Shown one piece after another: positions 21,530-32,000 of a DNA stretch of 32,000 nucleotides. Position 1 is the first letter of the stretch, and the number at the start of each line of letters is the position of its first letter. The DNA lies in NCBI RefSeq assembly GCF_000019345.1, contig NC_010503.1:360001-392000 (forward strand), read 5' to 3'. The position numbers and the translations under genes are program-made. Under the pieces are notes generated by a model. The model saw nothing but the letters and a program-made list of their open reading frames with translations, was not told where the DNA came from and did no database searches. This DNA is from Ureaplasma parvum serovar 3 str. ATCC 27815. Its GTDB lineage: Bacteria; Bacillota_I; Bacilli_A; Mycoplasmatales; Mycoplasmoidaceae.

Positions 21530-22837
21530 ATGAATAAAACTAATCAAATTGTGGATTTATTAACCAATAAACAAAATAATTCAATTCAAAGACGCGATAA
21601 TCTAGTTTTTGTTAAAAATGAACAAGAATTCAAAGATATTTTAGATTCTACTATTAGCTTAAGTAATGTTTATGATCCTTTGTTAGGTAATGGTTGTGAA
21701 CAAGAAAAAATAAAAGAATTAACTATTTTAAATAATAGTGTTGATATTAGCAAAATTGAAGAGTATACTAAAACATTAGAAAGTAAAGTAGATGATTTAT
21801 ACAATAATGTTTCTAACCAACTAATTCAAGATTATCAAAAAAATGAGAATACAAGTGCGAATAATATAATTATGAAAAATGAAGAATTATTAAATTCTCA
21901 TTTAAAAGAAGTCGAAAAAATTTGTGAACAGCTAATTGATGAATGAAAAATTGAAATTTTAGGGGAAGTTAATTTTAAATTTCAACAACAATTAATAGAA
22001 ATCGATCAAAAACAAGAACATAAATTGAAAGTAAAATCATTAATCAATGAAGATAGTTTTTTAACAAAAAGACAAGTTAAAAACAAAAATAAAATTCTTA
22101 CTGAATTTGAAAAACATCGTTCACAAATTACACAAAATTATTTAAATAAACGTAGTGATATTCTCAAGAAAGAATATGATGAATTATTAAAAGATGATAA
22201 ATTATTTGAGTTAAGCTCAGGCGATAATTGAAACAATTTTAAAAAAATAACTTTATTTATTTCTAACGAGATCGGAATCATTAATGATTTAGAAGATCTA
22301 TTAAACCATCAAGAATTAATTCGGACTCGAAATTATACAAAACGTGCTATTTTAAATCAACATCATATTAATGGTCACTTTAAAGATGAAAAAAAATATT
22401 TGAAATCTTTGTATGATTTACGTGTTAAATTTATGTATGGTTTAGGTTCAGAAATTGTTATTTTAAAATTTTTAATTGAGCATTATAAAAAATTAAATAG
22501 TTTACGTTTAAGATTAGAAACATTAAACCACCCTCTTTCAAATTATGCTGTTTATTTTGATATTTTAAACCGAATTGAAAAACAAACACAATTGTTAGCA
22601 AAAATTGAAACTTTAAAATATGATAATTATGATTTTAATGCTGATGTTATTTTAGATGATTTAGAAAGTAATATCACAAAAATAAATGAGATTAAACATA
22701 ATTCTAATGTTTTAAATAAAACAAAAGTTATTAAAACGATTATTGAGCCAAAATATGAATTAGAATTAATTTCAAAAGATGATAAAGTTGATGGTGTTAA
22801 GGTTTACGTTAACGATCAAGAAATTCTTTCTAAATAA
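21530..22837 (+). CDS. Hypothetical coiled-coil-type protein (435 aa)
   Basis: Track ORFs 21530-21946, 22025-22231 and 22400-22837 share frame 2 and are joined by TGA. An aaggaa Shine-Dalgarno-like element lies upstream. The protein is charged, heptad-like and helical-looking, with no TM segment and no recognised motif. Confidence 0.65.
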
Positions 22838-22856
22838 TTATTTTAAAGGAAACACA

Positions 22857-22890
22857 AAAAAGGCTTTTAATAATAAAAGCCTTTTTATTT
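22857..22890 (+). terminator. Intrinsic terminator
   Basis: aaaaaggctttt (22857-22868) and aaaagccttttt (22875-22886) form a perfect 12-bp stem with loop aataat, followed by attt. Confidence 0.8.
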
Positions 22891-22894
22891 CAAA

Positions 22895-23704
22895 ATGAAA
22901 CTAAAAATTGATTTTTTATACGAAAAAGTCTTAACAGAATTATTAACTAAAAAAAACAAAACTAAAAAACGTATTTATGTTTTTTATGATTCAGATTTAG
23001 TAAATTTTAATAGTGCATATATTCAATCAAAATTAAAATATGCTAAATTATTTTCTGTTAAACTTATTATTTATGATTTAAATGCATACCAAATTCAAGA
23101 AAATCATCATTTTTTATCAAAACTTAAACAAGCAAATAAGGATTTTTTGTTTTTTGAATTCCCTTTGTCAAAAAAACATTTGGATCAAAATTATTTTCAA
23201 TATTTAACTTTTCAAAATGATCTCGATGGAATTAATTCACATTTGTTTTTAAATAAAAAACAAGAAAATCAAATTATTTACCATCCAGCAACAATTAATG
23301 CAATTTTAACATTAATTAAAGAATTAGATGTAAATTTAAATGACTATCGAATTTGCATTATTGGTCGTTCACCCTATTTAGGGGATTATTTATATAAGTT
23401 ATTAAATCCTAAAAATAATAAAATTAATATTATTCATTCACAAACTAAAAATCCATTAAGAATTATTAAAGAATCTAATTTTATTATTAGCTGTGTGAAT
23501 AAAGCACACATTTTTAATTCTAATGCATTAAGTGATAATTCTTATTTAATTGATGTTACTACAGAATACATCAATAATAAGTTATGTGGTTCTTTTTTAA
23601 TTAATAAAAATGATGCATTAAATCGAAACATTAAATACACTCCTGTACCAGGTGGAATCGGTAAATTAACGACGTTATTTTTATTTTTGAATTATTTTAA
23701 ATAA
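22895..23704 (+). CDS. folD: Bifunctional methylenetetrahydrofolate dehydrogenase/cyclohydrolase (divergent FolD)
   Basis: FolD motifs are SAYIQSK (the Y-x-x-x-K catalytic pair), DGINSHL, HPATINAILTLIKE, IIGRSPYLGDYLYKLL and TPVPGGIGKLTT. Confidence 0.85.
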   Translation: MKLKIDFLYEKVLTELLTKKNKTKKRIYVFYDSDLVNFNSAYIQSKLKYAKLFSVKLIIYDLNAYQIQENHHFLSKLKQANKDFLFFEFPLSKKHLDQNYFQYLTFQNDLDGINSHLFLNKKQENQIIYHPATINAILTLIKELDVNLNDYRICIIGRSPYLGDYLYKLLNPKNNKINIIHSQTKNPLRIIKESNFIISCVNKAHIFNSNALSDNSYLIDVTTEYINNKLCGSFLINKNDALNRNIKYTPVPGGIGKLTTLFLFLNYFK

Positions 23705-23780
23705 GTGTTACTTATCAGCCATATTTTTTTGTAGTATTATATAATAATATAAATAATCAAATAAGAAAATAGTATTTATT

Positions 23781-25667
23781 ATGATTGACAAGCAAAAAAT
23801 TAAACAACTAATCCAAAATCCTGTTTATGGATTTTTTGATGAATTTAAAAAAAATTTAAACAGCGATCTTGATCATGTAATTTTAGAACAATTAAAAGAT
23901 CAAGATAATAATATTGATAAAATTAATCATTTAGTAACCGATATTAATAATTTAAAAAATGATATTAAACAACGCAAAAAAGATGAAAAAATTAAACAAC
24001 GGACTTTTTGTAATATTCTAATCGCAGTTTGTTTTGTTATTATTATTGGTTTGTTTTTTTTACATTTTTATTTGAAAAATTCCAAATTTATTAAAAATTT
24101 TAAAAAGTATGAAATTGAAAAAAATAATCAAATTAATATATGTAACAGCCAAAAAAATAAATATATTTATAATGTTTTATCACAAATTAATTCTTATAAA
24201 ATTTCGCAAGAAATTTTTGCTAAGAATGGTTTATATTTAATGCCAGAAATTCAATATGAAAATATTAAACAAACCGATTTATTAATTTCACGAAACGCAA
24301 AATTTGTTGGATTTTTTGGTGGTTTAGAAGTTAAATTTAAAAGTACGGATACTTTTTTAGTGTATTATAAGGAATTTTCAATTAAAGATGTTGTAACAAG
24401 TGGTTGTATTCAAATTTCTTATCGAAAAGGAGATCAAATGGTTAGTGAAACGATCGTTGCTCATCATAAGGAACCAACACCGTTTGTTGATCTTCACAGT
24501 AATTTTGTTCATAAAACTAATTACTCTCCAAACTTTAACTTTTCAACGTACGCTCAAACTGTTAATTCTCGTTCAAAAACAATTTTTTCTAATTTAGAAT
24601 TTTCTAAGTATTATGGCTTAGGAATTGCTACTCAAAATTTAGAATTTGATACAAAAATGCTAGAATTTTTTACGCCTTTTAGTCAAGAAAACTATGAAAA
24701 TTTTGCTAAATATTTAAAACAAGATGATATCACAGTTCCTATGTTTACAAAAACTGCGACATCCCTTATTATTGATGATCAATTATTAAAAGATAATAGA
24801 AAACCATTCTTTATAAATTTATTAACAAATAATAGTTATGTAAAAACTTGTGATTTTCTAATTGATACAGATATTAATGCGGACCTACAAACGAATTTAA
24901 ATATTTTAAAATATGAATTAGTAAAATTATTTGAAAAATATATTTTATATTTAACTACAACAAGTTTATCAAGTGTAATTGCCCGAGAATGATATATTAA
25001 TAATGATACTTATAAAATTGGTGATAATTACGATTATGAAAGTTATTATTATACTAATCAAAATCAATTAACTCCACTATCAGTTTCGACAAAACTTTTT
25101 TTAAAAAACCAAATAGCTTTTGTTAATGATTGTGAAGTAATTCCTTTTGCTGAACTAGTTAATAATCAAACACGATTCGGCATTAATAAAGCACAGTTTA
25201 ATATTAAAAGTTATCATGTTTATAATCGTGTAGATAATGTACCAGTATATGCGCATGGCAGAACACACATTGTTCCTGTACAATACAAAGAGTACATCGA
25301 ATATGAATATCCATTTATTTGTTTATATGTTTTAAAATATAAACAGTTAACAGAAGAAATAGGTTTAAAATATTTTACACGCCCATTTAATAATATTTTA
25401 TTAACAAATTTTGAAGATCATAGTGCTTGTTCTATTGATGAAATTCTTGATTTTAATGATAATGAATCCAAAAATAATAGCGATAATGATTTTAAAATTT
25501 ATTTAAAAGAATTAGATACAATCGTCACAAATGCGAATTTAAATAAAAATGAATTTAGCTTCTTAAAAGACAATGATGGTTATTTCATTACGATAAGTAA
25601 TAAAATAGAATTAGACGAAGAAACTGAACAAGAATTATCAACTTGATTAAGAAAAGTAAGCTTATAG
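23781..25667 (+). CDS. Hypothetical single-pass membrane protein (628 aa)
   Basis: Track ORF 23781-24992 continues in frame 0 through TGA 24990 and TGA 25644 to TAG 25665-25667; I translated the whole extension codon by codon. One TM helix is present (FCNILIAVCFVIIIGLFFLHFYL, about aa 75-98) after a charged N-terminus. No motif recognised. Confidence 0.7.
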
Positions 25668-25750
25668 AAAACAAAAATAAAAAATAATTTGCATTAAAAA
25701 TTAAACTCAATCAAATTATTTTTAACAAACGAAAATTTATTTTTATAAAA

Positions 25751-25777
25751 TTAGCACTCAATATTGACAAGTGCCAA
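25751..25777 (+). promoter_or_regulatory. CIRCE-like HrcA operator
   Basis: TTAGCACTC-aatattgac-AAGTGCCAA compares with the consensus TTAGCACTC-N9-GAGTGCTAA. The left arm is perfect, the right arm matches 7/9, and the 9-nt spacer is correct. It lies about 70-90 nt upstream of dnaK. Confidence 0.8.
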
Positions 25778-25792
25778 AAAATAATGTATAAT
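25764..25792 (+). promoter_or_regulatory. Sigma-70-type promoter of dnaK
   Basis: -35 TTGACA (25764-25769), a 17-nt spacer, and extended -10 TGTATAAT (25785-25792). The -35 lies inside the CIRCE element. Confidence 0.7.
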
Positions 25793-25824
25793 ATCTTATA
25801 CTTTCAAATATGGTATATGTTTAA

Positions 25825-27654
<1,830 letters not shown>

Positions 27655-27662
27655 TTAATTTT

Positions 27663-27694
27663 AATAACCAATGGTTTAAATACCATTGGTTATT
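27663..27694 (+). terminator. Stem-loop after dnaK (probable terminator, weak U-tail)
   Basis: aataaccaatggt (27663-27675) and accattggttatt (27682-27694) form a perfect 13-bp stem with loop ttaaat. The downstream run is only gttat, so termination efficiency is uncertain. Confidence 0.6.
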
Positions 27695-27765
27695 GTTATA
27701 TAATAATGTATAAGTTAATATTTAATTTATGTATATATATTAAAAATAAAGGAAAATTTGAGTAT

Positions 27766-28872
27766 ATGGTAGAAAATAAATTTTTAAAGCAAATTAAAGA
27801 GGGAGAGCAAATTAAAATTGAAATTAAAGGTTTGGATAAATTTAATAATTTTGACGAACAAAATTATGGTTTAAATAATATTTCACCTCAAATTCGTTGA
27901 TCACCAGTACTTGAAACAGCAAGTTATGCGGTTGCAATTATTGATTATGAAGCAGTAGGAGGCGCTCCATTTGTGCATTGATATGCCTTAAACATTTTTG
28001 AACCCGAATTAGCATTAAATGTTGCAAATCTTGGTTATGCTAATTTATATCAAGGTGAAAATTCAACTTCAAAACATTTTTCACATTCAATATTAGATGC
28101 AAATTATCAAACTGATATAGCAAATAATTATTTCCCTCCTTGCCCGCCAAATAAATCACATAAATATGAAATTAAAGTTTATGCAGTGCATCATAAGCTA
28201 TCAACAAACCGAAACAATATTTTATATTTAGACGATTTTGAAGCGAAATTAAATGAAGCAAAAATTATTGCCACAGGTTCTACTTATGTTTGTGCTCCAC
28301 AGATTAGTTTTGAAGATGATAAATTAATTATTGGTTCATTAGAGCATAAACATCCTTATTTGTTTGCTAATTGTGAAAATGAATATCATGTAATAGAAGA
28401 TGTAATTGTTACAGATATTAATAAGAATATTTATAGTGAAAATCAACTAGATAATTTTAAAGATCTAGAACAAGCAAAAATTAAAATTATTGATTCTAGT
28501 GATGCTTTATCGTATGCAGTTATAATTACTTCAAATCATCTATTTAAAAAATTTGGTCGTCCAGTTGTTAATTATGCACACGTTATCGAGAAAAAAACTA
28601 ATAAACGAATTAAGTTCAATAATTCCTACAAATTAAATCATGCCTTTAGCGAAATTAGTCCTTCAAAATATGATCATTTAGGTAATGAATTATTGATTTT
28701 AGAAGATAAAGATGCTAATTTTGAAAGTGGACTATTCACAATTCATGTGTTTGGATTAAATAAAAAAATTAAGTATTTAAATAAGATTGATAGTGTTGCA
28801 AATTCAATTAGTGATTTATTTGAAATGATTAGCGGTAGTGTTATTTCTTATAAAGCGAAGTTATTTAAGTAA
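27766..28872 (+). CDS. PEBP/YbhB-YbcL family protein with a C-terminal extension (368 aa)
   Basis: Track ORFs 27706-27900 and 28186-28872 share frame 1 and are joined by 2 TGA codons. The start is set at ATG 27766, after aaagga. The N-terminal half carries PEBP motifs: NISPQIRWSP, YAVAIIDYEAVGGAPFVHWYALNI and YFPPCPPNKSHKYEIKVYAV. The C-terminal 200 aa have no strong motif (see findings). Confidence 0.75.
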
Positions 28873-28908
28873 TATTTTTAAAAGAATAATGAAATATTAA
28901 ATTATTTA

Positions 28909-29484
28909 ATGATAGATCGTAAACAAATTCATGTTAAAACTAGATTAACAATTAATGAGTTAAATAAGTTTTATACTTTAATTAGAGTCCAAAAACAAAG
29001 CTTAAAAGAGATTGAAGATAAAATCAAAAAACTTGATTGAATTAACTTTAGTGAGATTAAAAATCAAAATTTATTTGATGAATTTAAATTTGATTATAAA
29101 AATATGACACCATATGTTATTTCACAAGTTCAAGATCTGGTTAGTGTTTATGATGTAAGACAAATTAGTGAAATAATTCTTGAATTAAATCAAGTTAATA
29201 TTCAAATTCAAACTAAAGATAGTGAGTTTTATATTAAAAATAATAAAAAATTAAGTTTAATTAGTAGTGAATTTGAAGATTATCAATTAAAAAATTATGA
29301 TGCATATGAACATTTTAAAATTACAATGGATGAACCTAAAATTCATACTTTAAATCATCAAATGCCATTTGATTCAAAATTAAACATCAAAACCATCATT
29401 TTTATAGTTTTAACTTCTTGTTTATTATGTTTATTAATCGTCATAATTATATGTGCATTATTAATTGCAGGAGTTATTAATTAA
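28909..29484 (+). CDS. Hypothetical tail-anchored membrane protein (191 aa)
   Basis: ATG 28909 is in frame with track ORF 29104-29484 through one TGA. The C-terminal TM helix is [28 protein letters not shown]. Its stop overlaps the cmk start (TAATG at 29482-29486). Confidence 0.55.
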
Positions 29485-30158
29485 TGAAAAAATATATCAG
29501 TATCGCTATTGATGGACCTTCAGGTTCTGGAAAAAGTACAGCAGCAAAAGAATTAGCCAAGAAATTGGGATTTTTATATATTAACACTGGTTTAATGTAT
29601 CGTGCTTATGCTTATTTTTTATCTATTAATAAATTAGATATTAATGTTAACGAAATGGATTGTATTAATGCCATTAAAAATGCTAATTTTATTTTTAATG
29701 GTGATAATGTGAAAATTAATGACAACGATGTTAGTCTTATCTTAAGAAGTAATGATGTGGCAATGATTGCTAGTGTTGTATCTGCTAATGAAAAAATTCG
29801 AGATTTAGCAACTAATGAACAACGCAGAATTGCTAGTGAAAACAACGTTGTTATGGATGGGCGCGATATTGGAAGTATTGTTTTAACTAATGCTGATCTT
29901 AAATTTTATTTAAATACGAGCATTCAAACACGCGCTAAACGACGTTTGTTTCAGAATAAAGATATTGAAAATTTGGATTATGAATCAATATATAACGATA
30001 TTAAAGAACGTGATCATCGTGATATGACTCGCAAAATTGCTCCACTTAAAAAAGCAAACGATGCTGTTGAAATTTTTAACGATAACATGAAATTAGATGA
30101 ATGTGTACAACATTTGTATGAAATTTATTTAAAAAAAATAAAAAAGCTAAATTTTTAA
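29484..30158 (+). CDS. cmk: Cytidylate kinase
   Basis: Motifs [34 protein letters not shown] and [12 protein letters not shown], with a typical Cmk length of 224 aa. Confidence 0.95.
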
Positions 30159-30234
30159 TAAAAAAATAACAAACAAAATTAAAACTTTCATTTTTCTATA
30201 AATCTCATAATTTATTAATGAGGTGTATATATTT

Positions 30235-30522
30235 ATGAATTTTGATATTAATTTAATTAATGAAAATGATTATGTTTTTAGTGGATACATTATTTTAAAA
30301 AAACACAATGAAGAAATTATCGAATTACTAACTTATTTAGGCGATGATCCTATTAATGATGAAGCCAAAATCATAACTTTATATAATAATGATCATATTG
30401 ATCTAAAAAATCTTAATGATGGAGATTTAATTATTGTAAAAGCAAGTTTAATTATAAATAATAAAAATAACAAACAATTATTGCTTAAAGATATTAATAA
30501 ACTAGAGTTAAGTATTAACTAA
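30235..30522 (+). CDS. Hypothetical small protein (95 aa)
   Basis: Track ORF 30223-30522. I prefer ATG 30235, because the track's GTG 30223 lies inside the GAGGTG Shine-Dalgarno. No motif recognised. Confidence 0.5.
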   Translation: MNFDINLINENDYVFSGYIILKKHNEEIIELLTYLGDDPINDEAKIITLYNNDHIDLKNLNDGDLIIVKASLIINNKNNKQLLLKDINKLELSIN

Positions 30523-30573
30523 TTATTTTCAAATAATTAGTTAATCATATTTATAATAATTAATGGTGGTATA

Positions 30574-31368
30574 ATGAATTTTTTAAAAACCTTACTGTGA
30601 TTTGTTGCATATCCTTTTGTAGCATTATACATAATAATTCAAATGATTTTAGCGGCTATGATGGCAAATAAATATAAAAATGATCCAGAGTCTGTTAGCG
30701 TTAATGAGCGCTATAAAAAAATAATGGGTATTATTGATGCTATTTTATATTTAAAAAATATTAAAGTAGATTTGATTGGTAAAGAAAATGTTAGTATAAA
30801 AAGCATGTTATACATAGGTAATCACAAATCTAATGGTGATCCAATTGTTTTATTAAAGGCTCTTTATCAAATTAGCCCTCATAATGTGCGTTTTGTTGCT
30901 AAAATTGAATTAAAAAAATCATTTTTAAAATTTTTATTTAATTTAATTGATGTAATTTACATTGACCGTAATAATTTAAGACAATCAATTTCAACAATTA
31001 ATGAACAAGTTAATGCTTTAAAACAAGATTATCGTGGATTAGTTATTTTTCCAGAAGGAACACGAAATTTTAATCATGAATTTAATGAGTTTAAATCAGG
31101 CGCTTTAACAGCTGCTTATAATACATTATCTTCGATTCAACCTTTTGTGATTTTTAACTCACAAGGTTCGTTTGAAATGAAAAACGATCAAAAGCAAAAG
31201 TTAAGATCAAATCCTTTTAAAACCCAACATATTAAAGTTAGTTTTTTAGAACCAATTCATTCTTTTAATTACATTAATATTAATAAAGATATTTTAATGC
31301 GTAAGATTCAATCAAACATTAAAAAAAATTATGATGAATTGTTAAAATCAACAATTAAAACAAATTAA
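30574..31368 (+). CDS. plsC: 1-acyl-sn-glycerol-3-phosphate (lysophospholipid) acyltransferase
   Basis: The acyltransferase HX4D motif (GNHKSNGDP) and FPEGTRN motif are present. Track ORF 30643-31368 extends upstream through one TGA to ATG 30574, which adds an N-terminal hydrophobic helix (MNFLKTLLWFVAYPFVALYIIIQ). Confidence 0.85.
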
Positions 31369-31508
31369 TTTTCATTAACAGTAAATACTTTAAATAAATT
31401 AAAAAAAGTTTATTGAATTTATTGTTTTTTTATACTAAAAGTATTTTTAAAACTAATTTTTTTTATAATTAATTTATAAGTTTAATATAATAATTTTTGG
31501 TGAATAGA

Positions 31509-32000
31509 ATGAGTGAAAAGCAAATCCAAAATAGTTTATTTGAATATAAGTTTATTGATTTTAACGGTCCATTAGATACATTGTGTGTTTTAATTAAACA
31601 AAAACGTTTAGATATTAATAATTTAGATATTTTAGAGTTGTCAAAACAATATGTTAATTTTGTAAATCAATTAATTAAAACGATCGATATTGATATTTTA
31701 GGTGACCATTTAGCAATGGCTTCTTATTTACTAGAACTTAAGACTCGAATGTTGATGCCAACTGTTGATGAAAAACAAATTATGAGTATTGAAGAAGATC
31801 GCCAAAATTTAATTGATCGTTTAATTGAATACAATGGTTATAAAAATTTAAGCGAACATTTAAAACAACGTTTTGAATTTAGAGCAACTATGATGGATTT
31901 ACCACAACAAGATTATGAGCAATTTTATTTAAAAGATGCAATTTATAAGCCTTTGCCAAATCATTTAGACTCCATGATCTTAAAAAATATTATGGATAAA
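31509..32000 (+). CDS. scpA: Segregation and condensation protein A, 3'-truncated by the window edge
   Basis: MSEKQIQNSLFEYKFIDFNGPLDTLCVLIKQKRLDINNLDILELSKQYVNFV...LGDHLAMASYLLELKTRMLMP matches the ScpA N-terminal signature (F-x-GPLD-L..LI....D I...I..I..QY...L..A.EYL.MAA.L..IKS..LLP). GGTGA lies upstream, and the frame stays open to the window end. Confidence 0.85.
   Translation, partial: MSEKQIQNSLFEYKFIDFNGPLDTLCVLIKQKRLDINNLDILELSKQYVNFVNQLIKTIDIDILGDHLAMASYLLELKTRMLMPTVDEKQIMSIEEDRQNLIDRLIEYNGYKNLSEHLKQRFEFRATMMDLPQQDYEQFYLKDAIYKPLPNHLDSMILKNIMDK

Noticed and set aside
30235-30522. Idea that the 95-aa ORF after cmk is a remnant of ribosomal protein S1 (cmk-rpsA synteny in Firmicutes)
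   Set aside because: I could not find an S1/OB-fold motif pattern in the sequence. Position alone is not sufficient evidence.

Overview
This is a very AT-rich Mollicutes-type (Mycoplasma-like) chromosomal segment that only reads correctly with genetic code 4 (TGA = Trp). The six-frame track cuts about 19 genes at in-frame TGA codons; after merging same-frame pieces I get 29 intact protein genes plus one decayed gene. All merges and coordinates were done by hand translation. Most of the window is housekeeping. In order: the 3' part of a giant FtsX-type ABC permease; nusA-ylxR-infB-rbfA; a minus-strand block of lemA, lepA and a DUF45/HEXXH metallopeptidase; a SpoU/TrmH methyltransferase and holA; an orphan membrane protein coupled to an ECF S-component-like protein; udk (minus); rpmF; folD; dnaK with a CIRCE operator; a PEBP/YbhB-family protein; cmk; plsC; and the start of scpA. 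I found no rRNA, tRNA, CRISPR array, transposase, integrase or IS-like terminal repeats. I cannot demonstrate a new system here. The least ordinary items are: (1) a small decayed islet at 17.1-18.1 kb, holding a multiply disrupted gene with a PD-(D/E)xK-like motif convergent with an intact small ORF carrying an HAxxRxxER (DUF4258-like) motif; (2) a PEBP protein that looks like an internal tandem duplication with a degenerate second copy; (3) a terminator-bounded two-gene unit encoding large acidic coiled-coil orphan proteins, the first ending in a basic-aromatic tail; (4) a hairpin between the best -10 element and the nusA start. Family assignments come from motif recognition only; no database search was possible.
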